Assembly (NCBI RefSeq): GCF_018977255.1
Contig: NW_024704742.1
Coordinates: 97,528,001-97,592,000 of the forward strand
Direction: 5' to 3'
Length of the DNA stretch: 64,000 nucleotides
From: Callorhinchus milii
Taxonomy: Eukaryota
This document shows, one piece after another, positions 37,950-50,395 of the stretch; positions within the stretch are counted from its first letter, which is position 1, and each line of letters opens with the position of its first letter. Position numbers and translations under genes: made by a program. The notes beneath the pieces were generated by a model. It saw only the letters and a program-made list of their open reading frames with translations, was not told the DNA's origin and searched no databases.

Positions 37950-38850
37950 TAAACAAGAACTCGCACTTATATAGTGTCCTCCATACAGAGTAGCATCTCA
38001 GCACGGTCGAAGAGGAAGGTTTTCAGGCAGGACTTGAAAAAGAGGGGGCAAGGTGGAGGGACTGAGGGAGAGTGATCCAGAGTTTTGGGGTGTAGTAGCT
38101 GAAAACATGACCTGCGATGGTGAGGCAGAGGGTGTGAGGGACAAGCAGGAGGCCAGTGCCAGTCGAGCGGAGGTGCCAAGTGGTGGATTGGGGAGATCCG
38201 GAGAGGTAGGGAGGTGCCAGGAAGTGAAGGGATTTTAACACGAGTGTGCGGATCTTGAAGTTGATCCATTCGGTGATGGGGAGCCAGTGGAGCCTGGCCA
38301 GAACTGGTGAGATGTGGGTACTGAGTTTGGCCCAGGTCAGAGTGAGGGCGACAGAGTCCTGAATGAGCTGGATCTTTTGAATAGTGGAGATGGGGAGACG
38401 GCGAGGAGTGCGTTTGAGTAATCCAAGCATTGGGGTAAGGTACGGTTAGATGCAGGCAATGTGGCGGAGGTGGAAGATGGCGGTCCTGGTCAGGGACCAG
38501 ATGTGGGGGAGGAACGACAGCTGGAGGTCGAACCAGATTCACTGTTCACTGGTTCTGTGAGTGAGGGAGAGCTCAGGGAGGTTGAGGAGTTTAGATCTAC
38601 AGGGAGGAGAGGTGATGAAGGAGAATGGCGTGATCGACTGTGTCAAACCCGGGAGAGAGATCCAAGAGGACGAGCAGGCAGAGGGAGCCCTGGTCACAGA
38701 TAGAGAAAGTTGTTTGTGACTTTGACAAACGCTGTCTCTGTGCTGTGTGCAGCATGAAAGCCAGACTGTAGGTGCTTGAGGAGGGAGTGGAGAGACAGGT
38801 GTGACCCAAGTTGTCCTGCAACATTGTGTTCCAGAACTTTGGTAAGAAAG
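37950..38850 (-). mobile_element. L2 fragment with deletions
   Basis: LVLLDLSxxFDTVDH and ISPVLARLHWLP motifs. Confidence 0.85.
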
Positions 38851-39132
38851 GGTGGACGGGTTAAACAGCTAAAACAGCTTAGCTATCCCACTACTTGGCC
38901 AGCTAGGACCATCATACCTTTTGGGGCTTTGCAAGGTTACCAAAAGCCATATGGAAAGAATCCTCCCCCCAATGAATGATCCCAGGCCTCCAAGTCCTAG
39001 TAATGAACAGGCTGGCTGGGTTCTCACCAGCAATACCCTAGTGTACTGCAGACCTGCTGGCTCAGGAACAAGACTACTGAGACTGCCACAGATGGTTGAC
39101 TTGATTCGAACATAGTATTCGTATTATCAATA

Positions 39133-39871
39133 CGATGTTCATACTTTACTTTAATGAAATCCAGTTGTTGACTCCTTACTGTTGCCATTTGCCCATTATG
39201 TAATTATGTAGCTGAAAATAAATAGTCCTCATTCACATTTAATTGGCTGAAAGATTGACAAGCCAATGTTCTGCTTTGTATTTTCTCGAATTTTCGTTTA
39301 AGCTAAGCATTTCACCTTGGAGCTAGTTAAGCTCCAAGGAGACCTCATTTACACCCCCCACCTCGAGGATAGTCCCTAGTTGGCCATTTGACAAGCACAG
39401 GTTTGAGGATGGCAAGTACCAAGAACTTCAAGTGAGCTTCCCAGTGGGGCAGAGGATACATATTGCTCAAAAATTAACACCATTTTTGATTTAATTATCA
39501 AACAGTTATAATCCAGCAAAAGACTCCACATGGAACTGCAGGCATTTGACATGATTGCTCACTCTACAAACTATAAAACCCTTCACAAGCTCAAAGAAAA
39601 AAAGTGACATTATCCCACAAAGGGCATTTTCACATCCCACTAGGTTTGAAAAATGGGCCCTGTTAAAACTGGAGCCAAGAAAAAACATGGTTAGTGCCAC
39701 CTAAGAACAAATGAAAACTCGAGAAAATACAAAGCAGAACATTGGCTTGTCAACCTTGCAGCCAATTAAATGTGAATGAGGACTATTTATTTTCAGTTAC
39801 ATAATTACATAATGGTGCAAATGGAAGTAGTAAGGAATCAAAATCTGGATTTCATTAAAGTCTGAACATAG
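39133..39871. mobile_element. MITE / non-autonomous DNA transposon with ~165-bp TIRs, TA-flanked
   Basis: 39133-39300 is an imperfect inverted repeat of 39709-39871; TA at 39131-39132 and 39872-39873. Confidence 0.8.
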
Positions 39872-40064
39872 TATCAATACTTTAATGAAATCCAGATTTT
39901 GATTTTGAGTACAGAGAAGATTGGAGAAGAATTCTCTAATACTTCATTTTTTAACAAGTACTCCCCCCGCTTTTGACTTAGATGTTTCTATTAGCTTTCA
40001 TTATTTACAGTGCATGTATTTTGATAGGATTTAAGAACAAAGAAATAACAACAAGATTACATTT

Positions 40065-40375
40065 TAATAATAATCCTTGCATTTGATATAGCGCTTTTCA
40101 CGTCTTCAAGACGTCTCAAAGTGCTTCACAGAATATGCTGTAAAGTGAATTGACTGTATATTTGTGGACGAAACACGGTAGCCAATTGTGCACAGCAATG
40201 TCCCATAAACAGTCGTGGATTGAAAATGACCAATTTATTATTGTTTTTGGTTTTGGAAGGATTATTATTAGGCGTGTGGAGTAAAGAAACTTGCCCAAGG
40301 TTTCGCCCTGCCTGGAATTGAACCCAGGTGTCTCGCTTGCAAGGCGAGTGCTGTAACCACTGAGCTACAGGACTC
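40065..40375 (-). mobile_element. tRNA-derived SINE (short form)
   Basis: Homolog of 17354-17673. Confidence 0.93.
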
Positions 40376-41189
40376 AGTATTAGAATAATAATCCTTACAT
40401 TTGTTATAGTGCATTTCACGTCAGGAGGACATCCCAAAGTGCATATACTGCAAAGTGCAGTCACTGTGTGTCACTGTGGATGTATATCAAATGTAAATGA
40501 TTGGAATCAAGTTGCAAAGTGCCAATGCAACTTGGGAGGTCATTCAAAGGCCAAGTAATTCTTGGTTTCAAGTGCTAGCAGAAAGTGTGGATTGAGTAAG
40601 TGGAGAGAGTACAAACCTGCGCAGACAACCGTGAGAGGGCCTTAGGCATAAAATCCCAAATGAACTATACCGCGGTGGGGAAGGGCAAAGTATTGTGGTT
40701 ATTAAAGTAAAAGATGAAAGAAAGTTGAGGAGAGAGAATGTTAGTTCCTATTTGTTTTAGGATTTCCTTCAATGATAATTATCATTTGCATTAACATGCA
40801 TAACAATGGTTCATTCATTGATCTAGAGAAATTGTTTACTGTAATTGTATAAGATGGATGGGGTGGGGGAATGTTGGAAGATTGTACAAATTGTTCAGTG
40901 CTACTTTGAACGCTCCTACCTCTCAATAACAGGTAGAAAATGTATTTGTGAAAATAAAAGACAGTTAAAGAGTAACTTGGGGGAAAACAAAAATCACATC
41001 TGAGAAGCCTAATGTTTAACCCTAAGTTAGAGCTACAGTTAAGGAGCGTTAAATGACAAATTTTCATCAGCAAACCGGAGTTAGTGAGGGGAATGCAGGC
41101 AACAAGCTTTGAGCAGTGAATAATATATCTTTTCTAATGGAGAGTATAAGTGTAGGTAGGTGCTCAATCAAGTGCTGAACAATGGTGGA

Positions 41190-41585
41190 GCTTGACACTG
41201 GGGAGAAGCTGGGGAGAGACGGGAGGTAACCGTAGGCACGGTCAAAGAGAAAGGTCTTCGGATGTAACCTGAAAATGGTTAAGGTGGGTATAAAGCGGAG
41301 GCATTGAGTGTTTCAGAGACTTGGGGCACAATGGCTGAAAGTACAGCTGCTGATGGTGGAGCAGAAGGGACATGCAGGTGGCTAGAGCCAGCTGAGTGAA
41401 GGGGGCAGGTAGAGAAATGGGTATAAGCAGGTCAAAGAGGAAGTAGGTGCCAGAGCGTAAAGTAAATTGTACGTGAGTGTGACGATCTTGAAATCGATCT
41501 GTTCTGCCATTGGAACCTGGACAGCACTGGAATGATAGGAGTGCAAATATTAGTATGGATACGGGCAGTGGAGTTTTGAATTAAT
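41190..41585 (-). mobile_element. Old L2 3' fragment
   Basis: ggcacggtcaaagagaaaggtcttc and gatcttgaaatcgat segments shared with other L2 copies. Confidence 0.65.
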
Positions 41586-42487
41586 TGGTCAACACACATT
41601 GAACAGGCAGGTGGGACTTCAGTTTAATGTCTCATCCAAAGGATGGCACCTCCAACAGTTGCCACAACCCTCCATCACTTCATTGGATTGTCATCCTAGA
41701 CTACATAAGTTCCAAGTGCTGACATGGGGCTTGACCTTTCTCAGTGCATGAACTTTGTCTCACTTCAATTTTATGCTACATGGAGGTTCTCATAGGTGAA
41801 CTTTCTGCAATAACCAGGTTTTGTGTTTTGTTGCTTTATTAAGTTGGTAACTGAAACAATTTATATCCAGTCAGCCATGACTTAAAACTCAGCCAACTCA
41901 GCAGCAACAACAGCAAGCCAATTTCTGCAGGATCTTTACAAGGAATTCTTATCAACATCAATAACAACAACAAGATTACATTTGTGTAGCGCATTTCCTG
42001 TTGGGAGGACATCTCAAGGTACTGGAGAATCAGTGTTTTGGACCCGAGCTGAGGGTTGGGATCAGGGAGAGTGAAGGGCAGAGGGACGAACGAGAACAGA
42101 TCTTGAAGGAGGCAAGGGAGGGGCTTTGAGACTTTGAACTCATACAGTCTAGGCTGACTAAGTCCCGGAACGTCTGACTGTTCAGTCGGATGTTAAAGAT
42201 CCTATATTACTAATCAAAAAGAAGGAAATTTCTCCTGGTGTCCTGGCCAACAATCTCCCAAATAACACTATTCACTCACTTTATGGCTGTTTGTAAGAAA
42301 TGTTGCTGTGGGCAAATTGACTCTCATTGCTATGGTGATGGTGCAAAATGGTCATGTTCTTTAACTTTTGACCTGTAATTAACAACTCATGCTTCAATGT
42401 ACCTTCTCAGCTGTGTAAAGCTGCACTAATTTCTCGTTTAAATTTAGCATTTTTTTTTCCATTTTGAAACTTTTAAGATATTAACAG

Positions 42488-42512
42488 ACAGTTTCTGAGA
42501 GACAGAAACTCT
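42488..42512 (+). CDS. Weak candidate micro-exon (acceptor may instead be at 42478)
   Basis: cactaat branch-like site at 42424, T-rich tract, tct|gtgagt donor. Confidence 0.3.
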
Positions 42513-43987
42513 GTGAGTACTCATTTATTTCCCAACATTCCATCCCTTTTTATTTATTTTTACAATGGATTTGACACTCAAATGTGGAAATCACAGCAAT
42601 ACTGGTGCCCTGCGATGGGGGAAAAGTGCCTTGTAACATATCCTCTGTATTATGCACTGCATGAATTCCAATGTATGTCTCACTGGCTCATGAGACCTTT
42701 CCTCTGACCCAAGATCGAAGTTGAGGTCTCAGGAGTCTACATTGCATAATCAACTTATAAATGACACTTTCTATGGTATTGCTGTAAATATTTGGTCAAG
42801 TATCGCACCTCAGTCTTTCTCCTGCAATACCTTAATTTAAAGTAATGCCCCAGGGTATGCACATAAGCACTACATATGTGAGGCCTTTCTGTCAGATCTG
42901 CCAAGCCCTTAACTTAAAATTTTTTTTAAACTTCCATCTCAAAGTAACTATTTTTAACATAATAGTAGACTCTTTGTTTCTATTTGAACCTGCTCAAAGG
43001 TACTCTTGGAAAGCTAGCCTAGACATACATCATCCAAGGTAATGTGAAGCTATTGGAGACTGGGACTCGCCCTTTCCCAACATCAACTCTGAGCCAAGCA
43101 CTTGCTGAAATAATCATTTTAAAAGTAATTGAGGGGTTTGGAGGGGGTGGAAAAGCAGAATTCCTAACTATGAGTATGCTCAGCTGTGGGAGCTGAGTTT
43201 CAGTGTTAATTTATCTGACACTATGAGGGGAGTAGCCGTGGTGGGGGAGAAGTTATTCTTTTCCAATCGGTCATTAAGGCCAGTTTGATGAACAGGGTTT
43301 AACCGAATTTTCCTCCAGCCGATAATCATACCATAAAGAAGGAATGATGAAAATTAAGGAATGGGATGTGGTTGGGGAAACACTGCATTGTTTTAAGAGT
43401 TTGCCAATGCTTTACCAATGGACACTCCTTTTAGATTTACATGAATATAGCAATGTGAGTGCTTTCAGCTACAAAATACGCAATCACTACACTTTACAGT
43501 GAATCCTGGGATGTGCTTTGAGACGTCCTTACAAGGCCCTATATAAAATTCAAGGCTAAATGAATTAATTAATAGGGTCTTTTACGTTGGAAGAATGTCT
43601 CAAAGTGCTTCATGCAACTGACTGGGATCCCAAAATGGAGGCAGGATTGGGGTGGTGGGGTGGAGTAGTGGTGTTGCTGAGGAGGTGAAGGGAAAGGTAT
43701 GTGAAAGTTGGGGCAGAGAGATAAGTTTTAAGGTGTTTTTCAAGGCAGAGAGGGAGGGGTAGGCAGAGGTACTAGATTGGGGCGAGAGTGACTGCAAGCT
43801 TTCCCACCAACAGGGTGGCTTCACCGGGGCAGTGGGTGTTGTGGTGAGCCAGGTTAGAACACAGGGGCCATGGGACAGTCCAACAGTGAGAAGAGGCAAT
43901 GTTCCAAAGTCTGCTGCACCAATGTAAGCAACAAAATGAGGACCTTACTCAAATCTATTTGCTGTTTAAAGTTTACCACAGAGGTTG

Positions 43988-44345
43988 AATAATAATAATC
44001 CTTAGATTTGATATAGCGCTTTATCACGTCTTTGAGATATCTGAAAGCGCTTCATTACTGTAAAATGAATTGACTGGGTATTTTGTAGGTGAACGTGACA
44101 TCCAATTGCGCACAGAAGTGTCCCACAAACAGTCGTGGAGTGAAGTGACGAATTTTTTTTTGTGGAAGGAATTATTACTCCTGGAAAAGCAATCCGCCAA
44201 TCGACTAACAACTGGGTTCCTACTTAGTGTTCAGTAAACAGAGGCATGTGTGGTAAGAAAACTTGCCCAACCTTTCTCCCCGCCGGGAATCAAACTCAGG
44301 TCTTTGTGTGGCAAGTGTTCTAATCACTGAGCTACAGGTCTCCAC
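43988..44345 (-). mobile_element. tRNA-derived SINE (long form)
   Basis: Homolog of 29665-30027. Confidence 0.88.
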
Positions 44346-45039
44346 AATGCAGGATTGTAAAGATTAATATAAATGTCAAGCATTTTGATTAGATTAACTT
44401 ATAGGAGAAAGGTCACAATGTTTATTCCGGGGTTTCATATTTCACAGATTTCCAAATAACTCAGTGTTGTCTTTTATTTCTCTAATTTCTTAGACATTCC
44501 ACTAAAGTCATGTGTTCACAATTGTATGGATTAGATGATTTTATCAGTTTGGGATAATTTAATCTTTGATCATTTGCTTTTCTGGAAACTGACAAAGAAA
44601 AGTATTCTTGTCATGATTTGAACCTGTGCCACACAATGCAGTGCTTTATCTCAGAAATTAAATATTTTTTAATTCTGTTAAGCAAATGGTACAGCAGAAT
44701 TTTCTTTCTTGGAGACAATATATTGGCTGTACATGGGAGCTTAAGAACACTAGAAGTGTCAGCCTGACTCAGGTGGTTTAATAATAATAATAATCCTTGC
44801 ATTTGATATTATGCTTCATCATGTCTTTGAGATAACTCAAAGCGCGTCACAGAATATATTAAAAAACGCACAACATCCAATTGCGCACAGCGATTGATAT
44901 GCAGAAGGCGGGTTCAAACTCACAGTCTAGCCTGCAACTCCATTTCAGTGGTAGGGAAGCACTGCACTGACCTGTCCTGTGTTACTTCATAGGTAGTTCG
45001 GGACATGTGTGCATGTGACTGCCAGGTGGAAGATGAACC

Positions 45040-45770
45040 AGATGGACCTTGGTCTTTTTTCTTCTAGTATTTCTTATGTTCTTAGTAGTCCTTCGATATC
45101 TTTCAGAAGACACACACATCTACTTCTCCAGCTGCGACTTGTTCTGCTCTGTCGGCTTGTCTGGCAGACATCAGGGCTTGGATGAGGGCCAGGGCCGCAA
45201 ATGCTTACAACTAAATGTTGCTCCGCTGCTCTGACTCCTCAACCTCCCCAACATATTAGCCTCAGACTCACTGAACCAGTGTTCAAACTAGGCGCCAAGT
45301 TCCATCCACAGCTATCCTTCCTTCTGCCCATCCAGTCATTGACCAGGACCACCATCCTCCACCTCTGCCACATTGCGCGGCTCCAACCTTACCTTACCCA
45401 AGGTGCAGCCGAAACACTCGTCCATGCGTTTGTTACCTCCTGACTCACACTCAATTTCAAATGCCTTCATGCCCAGGTACCTCCCTACCGCTCTGAGCTG
45501 CTTACCCCACTATCTGCTAACTCCGCTTGACTGGCTCTGGCCTTCTGCATGCCCTTGTGCCCTCCCTTTCTGCCATCAGTGACCGCACTTTCAGTCACTA
45601 CACCCTGAAACTTTGGAACACTCTTCCTCTATCCCTCCATCGTGCCCCTTCTTTACCCATCTTCAGTTTGCGCCTGAAGATCTTCCTTTTCAACCGTGCC
45701 TACGGTCACCTCACCCTCCCACTGGCTCTGCATCATGCTCCGCCATGGTCAAGCGCTCTGGGACACTTGA
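45040..45770 (+). mobile_element. Old L2 fragment
   Basis: HIARLQPYLTQGAAETLVHAFVTS and LWNTLP...LKIFLF motifs. Confidence 0.8.
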
Positions 45771-45779
45771 CAATAATGG

Positions 45780-46337
45780 AGCCACCCTGTGCACAGCAGT
45801 GACCCACAAACAGTCGTGGATTGAAGTGACGCATTTTTTTAAGGAATTATTCCCCCCGGAAAAGTGATCTTTGGAGTCCTGTAGCTCAGTGGTTAGAGGA
45901 CTCGCTTTGCAAGCGAGAGACCTGAGTTCAATTCCAGGCAGGGCGAAACCTTGGGCAAGTTTCCTTACTCCACACGCCTAATAATAATCCCTCCAAAAAT
46001 CAAAAACAATAATAAATTGGTCATTTTCAATCTACGACTGTTTGTGGGATATTGCTGTGCGCAAATGGCTGCCGCGTTCGCCCACAAATATACAGTCAAT
46101 TCACTTTACAGTGTGTTCTGTGAAGCGCTTTGGGACATCCTCCCGATGTGAAAAGCGCTATATTAAATGCAAGGATTATTATTATTATCTTCCAATCGAC
46201 TAACAACCTGCTTAAAGCTAGGTAAACAGAGGCATGTGTAGTAAGGAACTTGGGCAGCATTTCACCTTGCTGAGAATCGAACCCAGGTCATTCGCTTGCG
46301 AGGCAAGTGCTCTGAACACTGAGCTACAGGACTCCAC
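45780..46337 (-). mobile_element. Long-form SINE split by a nested SINE
   Basis: Halves 45780-45871 and 46187-46337 join into one long-form copy. Confidence 0.85.
45872..46186 (+). mobile_element. Short-form SINE nested in a long-form SINE, TSD atctt
   Basis: atctt at 45867-45871 and 46187-46191; head has a tcgc-tttgcaa-gcga anticodon-arm-like stem (Ala-TGC-like). Confidence 0.93.
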
Positions 46338-47125
46338 GATTTCAATGAATCAAATGTTATTCCCTTGCTCCTAATAACAGAATATAGTTTGGTAAACTAT
46401 CTTCTAATTACAGTCTGAACACAGTAAATCAAACATTCCTTGTGTAGGGGTCCAGGCTGCTGACTGCAGGAATTGTTTAGATAGGACCAGAACATGAGTT
46501 ATTTTCCTCATCTTGCAGTAATTTAAATTTCATGCTTGTGACTTGGAGATCTGAAATCTGTGATGTCACTGGCATATGGGCCAACATCAACAACTGGCTT
46601 GCAGCAAAGCAAGACTTTCAGAACACAAACAACCTTAGCCAAGCACAGTATAAACAAATTATTCATCCTTTCCAATGGGTGAGATTTCCCCTGGCTAAAG
46701 CTCTCTTCCCATTGAAGAGGACATGGTTTCAGCTGTGTCCAGGGGCAATTGTGTTTGTTTCTAAAATTTCTGGATCTGTCTTAAAGGTAAATAACCAAGC
46801 TACAAAGTTTGTCGAATATTCCATTGCAATCTGGAAATTAAATCTTAACTGACTTTGAATAATAAAATCCATTGCAAAATAGGACCTACAATATATCAGC
46901 TTCCCCTTCCCTGAATTGTTCTCTCTAAATGATTTTCAAAAATGATACATTTCATTATTTATATTTTAAATGGTTCAAAAAGGAAGTCTGTAATGCCATA
47001 ACAGCTATGTTAAAAAATACATTGGTCCTTGGAAATAAAACTTAGGGGGGATCCTTCATAGGCTTAGCTGTGCAATTCTAATTGCGAACATCCCAGAACC
47101 ACACGAAGCAGAAAAGCAGATGAAC

Positions 47126-47662
47126 AATAATAATAATAATCCTTGCATTTGATATAGACATCTCAAAGTGCTTGACAGAATATACTATAAATAATAATAA
47201 TAATAATCCTTGCATTTGATATAGCACCTTACCACGTCTTTGAGGCATCTCAAAGCGCTTGACAGAATATACTGTAAAGTGAATTGACTATATTTTGTGG
47301 GTGAAACGGGGCAGCCAATTGCACACAGTAGTGTCCCATAAACAGTCATGGAGTGAAGTGACCAAATTATTATTATTATTTTCTTTATGAAGGAATTATT
47401 ACCCCCGGAAAAGTGATCCACCAATCGACTAACAACCAGGTTTCTACTTACTGCTTGGAAGAGGCGTGTGGAATAAGGAAATTTGCCTAACATTTTGACC
47501 TGCTGGGAAACCCAGGTCTCTTGCTTGCTGGGTGAGTGCTCTAACCACTACGCTACAGGATTCCACAATTGTAAAGTGAATTGACTGTATATTTTGTTGG
47601 CAACATATGGCAGCCATTTGAACAGCAGTGTCCCACAAACAGTCATGGATTGAGTGACCAAA
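47126..47662 (-). mobile_element. Long-form SINE (47190-47566) flanked by partial SINE duplicates
   Basis: Extra tail piece at 47126-47186 and extra body piece at 47568-47662. Confidence 0.85.
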
Positions 47663-47699
47663 TGATCATTATTTTTTAGATTTTTTGTCAGGGGAACTT

Positions 47700-48952
47700 T
47701 CTCTAGGACTATGCCTCCTCTTCCCTCGCCTCCATCTTCTCAAAAATGAAGTGCACCACCTACTCCCTCAACCTCATTCCCACCCTTCTCCTTACCTCCC
47801 AGCTCCACCTCCTGGTTCCTCTGTTAACCAACATCATCAACCTCTCCTTATCCACTGGCACTGTTCCCATCCGTTTAAAAACAACTGTCATCACCCCATC
47901 CTCAAAAAACCTTCCCTCAACCCATCACTACTCTCCAGCTATCACCCCATCTCCAGCCTTCCTTTCCTCTCCAAGACCCTGGAATGAGCTTTCACACTCC
48001 AGCTTTGCTCTTTCCTCTTCCGCCATTCCATCTACAAACCCCTCCAAACCTCTCAAAGTCACTAACAACATTCTGTGCATCTGCGACCAAGCAATCTCTG
48101 CATCCTTGTCCTCTTCGACCTCTCTGCTGCCTTCGACACTATCCTCGTCCACCGCCTCTCCTTTTATGCTTAACCTTCATACACTTGCCTGGTTCAAATC
48201 CTACCTCCTACCATCTCCACTTGGTCTACACTAACGGCTTTTCCTCCAAGCCCTGCACTGTTTCGTGCGGTGTTCCTCAGGGCTCTTGGTCCCCTCCTTT
48301 TCAATCTGGTCTGCCTGTCCCCAAATCTGCAACATTGCCCAGCTCTGTCACTGTCTCTTACTGCAGGCCGCCGAGACCCTCAACCACGTGTTCATCACAT
48401 CCAGGCTTGACTACGCAAACACCCTGCTTGCCGTCCTCCCCAACTCCTCCCTCCACAGGCTACAGATCATCCAGAACTCTGCAACCCGTGACCTCTCCGG
48501 CACCAGGCTCCACGATCCTATCAGCTCCATCTTCGCCTGGCTCCACATCACTCAGAAGATATAGTCAAGGTCCTGGTCCTCACCTTCAAAGTCCTCCATG
48601 GTCTTGCTCTTCCCTACCTCTGTCCGTTCCCTCTGCTCAGCAGGCTCTGGCATGCTTCACATAGCCCGCTTTGCCCTCCCCATCATTGGCGGACAGACCT
48701 TCAGCCACTCTGCGCCCATCCTCTGGAACGCCATCCCACAGTCCCTCCGCCTCAGCCCCACTCTTGTCACCTTCAAGATCTGCCTCAAGGCCCTCCTCTT
48801 CAACTGTGCCTTCAGTCACCCTCCTACCACTAAACTCCCCGACCTCCATCCCCCTGATCCCAACCACCAGCTTGAGTGCGGATTCCTGACTGTCCAGCAC
48901 CTTGAGATGTCCTCCTGACATGAAATGCGCTATACAAATGTAATTTGTTGTT
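47700..48952 (+). mobile_element. L2 fragment with deletions and 3' tail
   Basis: PILKKPSL, CGVPQGS and TSRLDYANTLL motifs; type A tail. Confidence 0.88.
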
Positions 48953-49059
48953 GGTGCTTTCGGCCATCTTTCCCCCCATCATTCCTACCTCCAGCTCGGG
49001 TACCAACCCAAGACTCTCCAGCATTTTGGGGCATACTCCTGACATGAAAAGCATTATAT

Positions 49060-49325
49060 TAAGCTGCCCATATTTTCTAAACTAAATCCGGGAACACTTA
49101 TGAAAACTATTTAACTCACCACAATTCCTGATGCTGGCAGTACTGTGGAAGCTTGTTGGATTAGTCTGTAATTATGTCTGTATTTCTCTGATGAATGTAT
49201 CCGTTTTAGAATTTTATTGTTCTTGTTCAGTTTGTTGCTGAACTCAAAACAGGGCAAATTTGGCCATGGATGCAATAGTTTACCCGGGGACTGTCCCCAG
49301 AAATTGTGGAAGTATGGTCACCCTA
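49060..49325. mobile_element. Ancient hAT (Blackjack/Tip100-like) MITE remnant
   Basis: Right end tatggtcacccta, degenerate left end taagctgcccata, ccggg subterminal motifs. Confidence 0.5.
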
Positions 49326-50139
49326 ACTATATAAACTGTAATTTGTATTGTAAACAACAACAACTTGCATTTATATAGCGCCCTTCACGCCGGGCAGCGT
49401 CTCAGAGTGCTTCTGAGTTGCTGCTTGTTTAGATGCAGCTTGTTTCTCATGGGAGGCTCACACCAATTCTCTGAATCACGTATTTAGCTTCTGAAACTGA
49501 GATTTCACAGAAACCATATCAAATTGGCTGAAGAAGTGATGCAGTGTTTTACATACAAATTTTCCACTACAGAAACCCAGTCTGAATCATTTACAACCTC
49601 AAATGTCTAATTCGCTGCTAAACTGATAGATTTGCATAATTATGGTGAATTTAATGGCTTAACCTGCTATATTGAGTAAAACTGTTTTTCCAGGAGTGCA
49701 AATTCAGTGGAATGCATGGTAACGTTTAAAGAATAATTGAGACCTGGTATTAAAAACTCAAATGCTATGTTGATGACCACTGGACCCAGGATTAGTAAAT
49801 TCTGATTATTAGAAGTGTGTGGTACATTATAACTTAAGCAGTATTAACCTAATACAAAGAATTCCTGTGTAAGATCAGAAGATTGTCAAGTGAGGTCTGC
49901 CAAATCCTCTGTTTCTAAGATATTCAGAGTGATGAGCTATGATAATGAGTCATTTCAAGTATTCAGAGAAAGCAAGAGAATGAGAAAATGTATGACACTA
50001 AAGTGATTGACAATTCCTATTCCATAAGTAAGACTACTTACAAATCTGTTAGTAATTTGCGGCAAAACGGCAAAATAGTCGTTTTTTTTGCAATTTCCCC
50101 TCCCCCCCTTTGTTTTGCATTATCAACACCTCTTTTGCC

Positions 50140-50395
50140 CTGTTTTGTTGCAATCCACCCCTTTGTTTTGCATTATTAACACGTATTTAACCCATCATCC
50201 TCTGGCCTCGACCCTATTTTCTCCTTTGTCTTCCTTGCCCTGCCTCCCCCTTCTCTGTTAGCCCTTAAAAGCCTCTCCCCCCACCCCCAACATGTCCCAG
50301 TTCTGACAAAGGGTCGTAGACCCGAAACTCACTTTCCTTTCTCCATAGATGCTGCCTGATCTGCTGAGTGTTCCCAGCGACTTCTATTTTTGTTA
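50140..50395 (+). mobile_element. Penelope-like element terminal remnant
   Basis: Pyrimidine-rich tract, then ctgacaaagggtc..gacccgaaac...agatgctgcctgatctgctgag, a motif I recognise from shark Penelope-type repeats. Confidence 0.65.
50298..50345 (+). ncRNA. Degenerate minimal hammerhead ribozyme motif
   Basis: CUGACAA core (consensus CUGANGA), stem II gggtc/gaccc, then GAAAC. Confidence 0.55.

Noticed and set aside
45873..45945. tRNA-Ala gene (and other tRNA-like heads)
   Set aside because: No proper acceptor stem, and each head continues into the SINE body and tail.
46532..46852. 106-aa ORF as a host exon
   Set aside because: No recognisable domain, no frame fit with the other exons, and within chance length.
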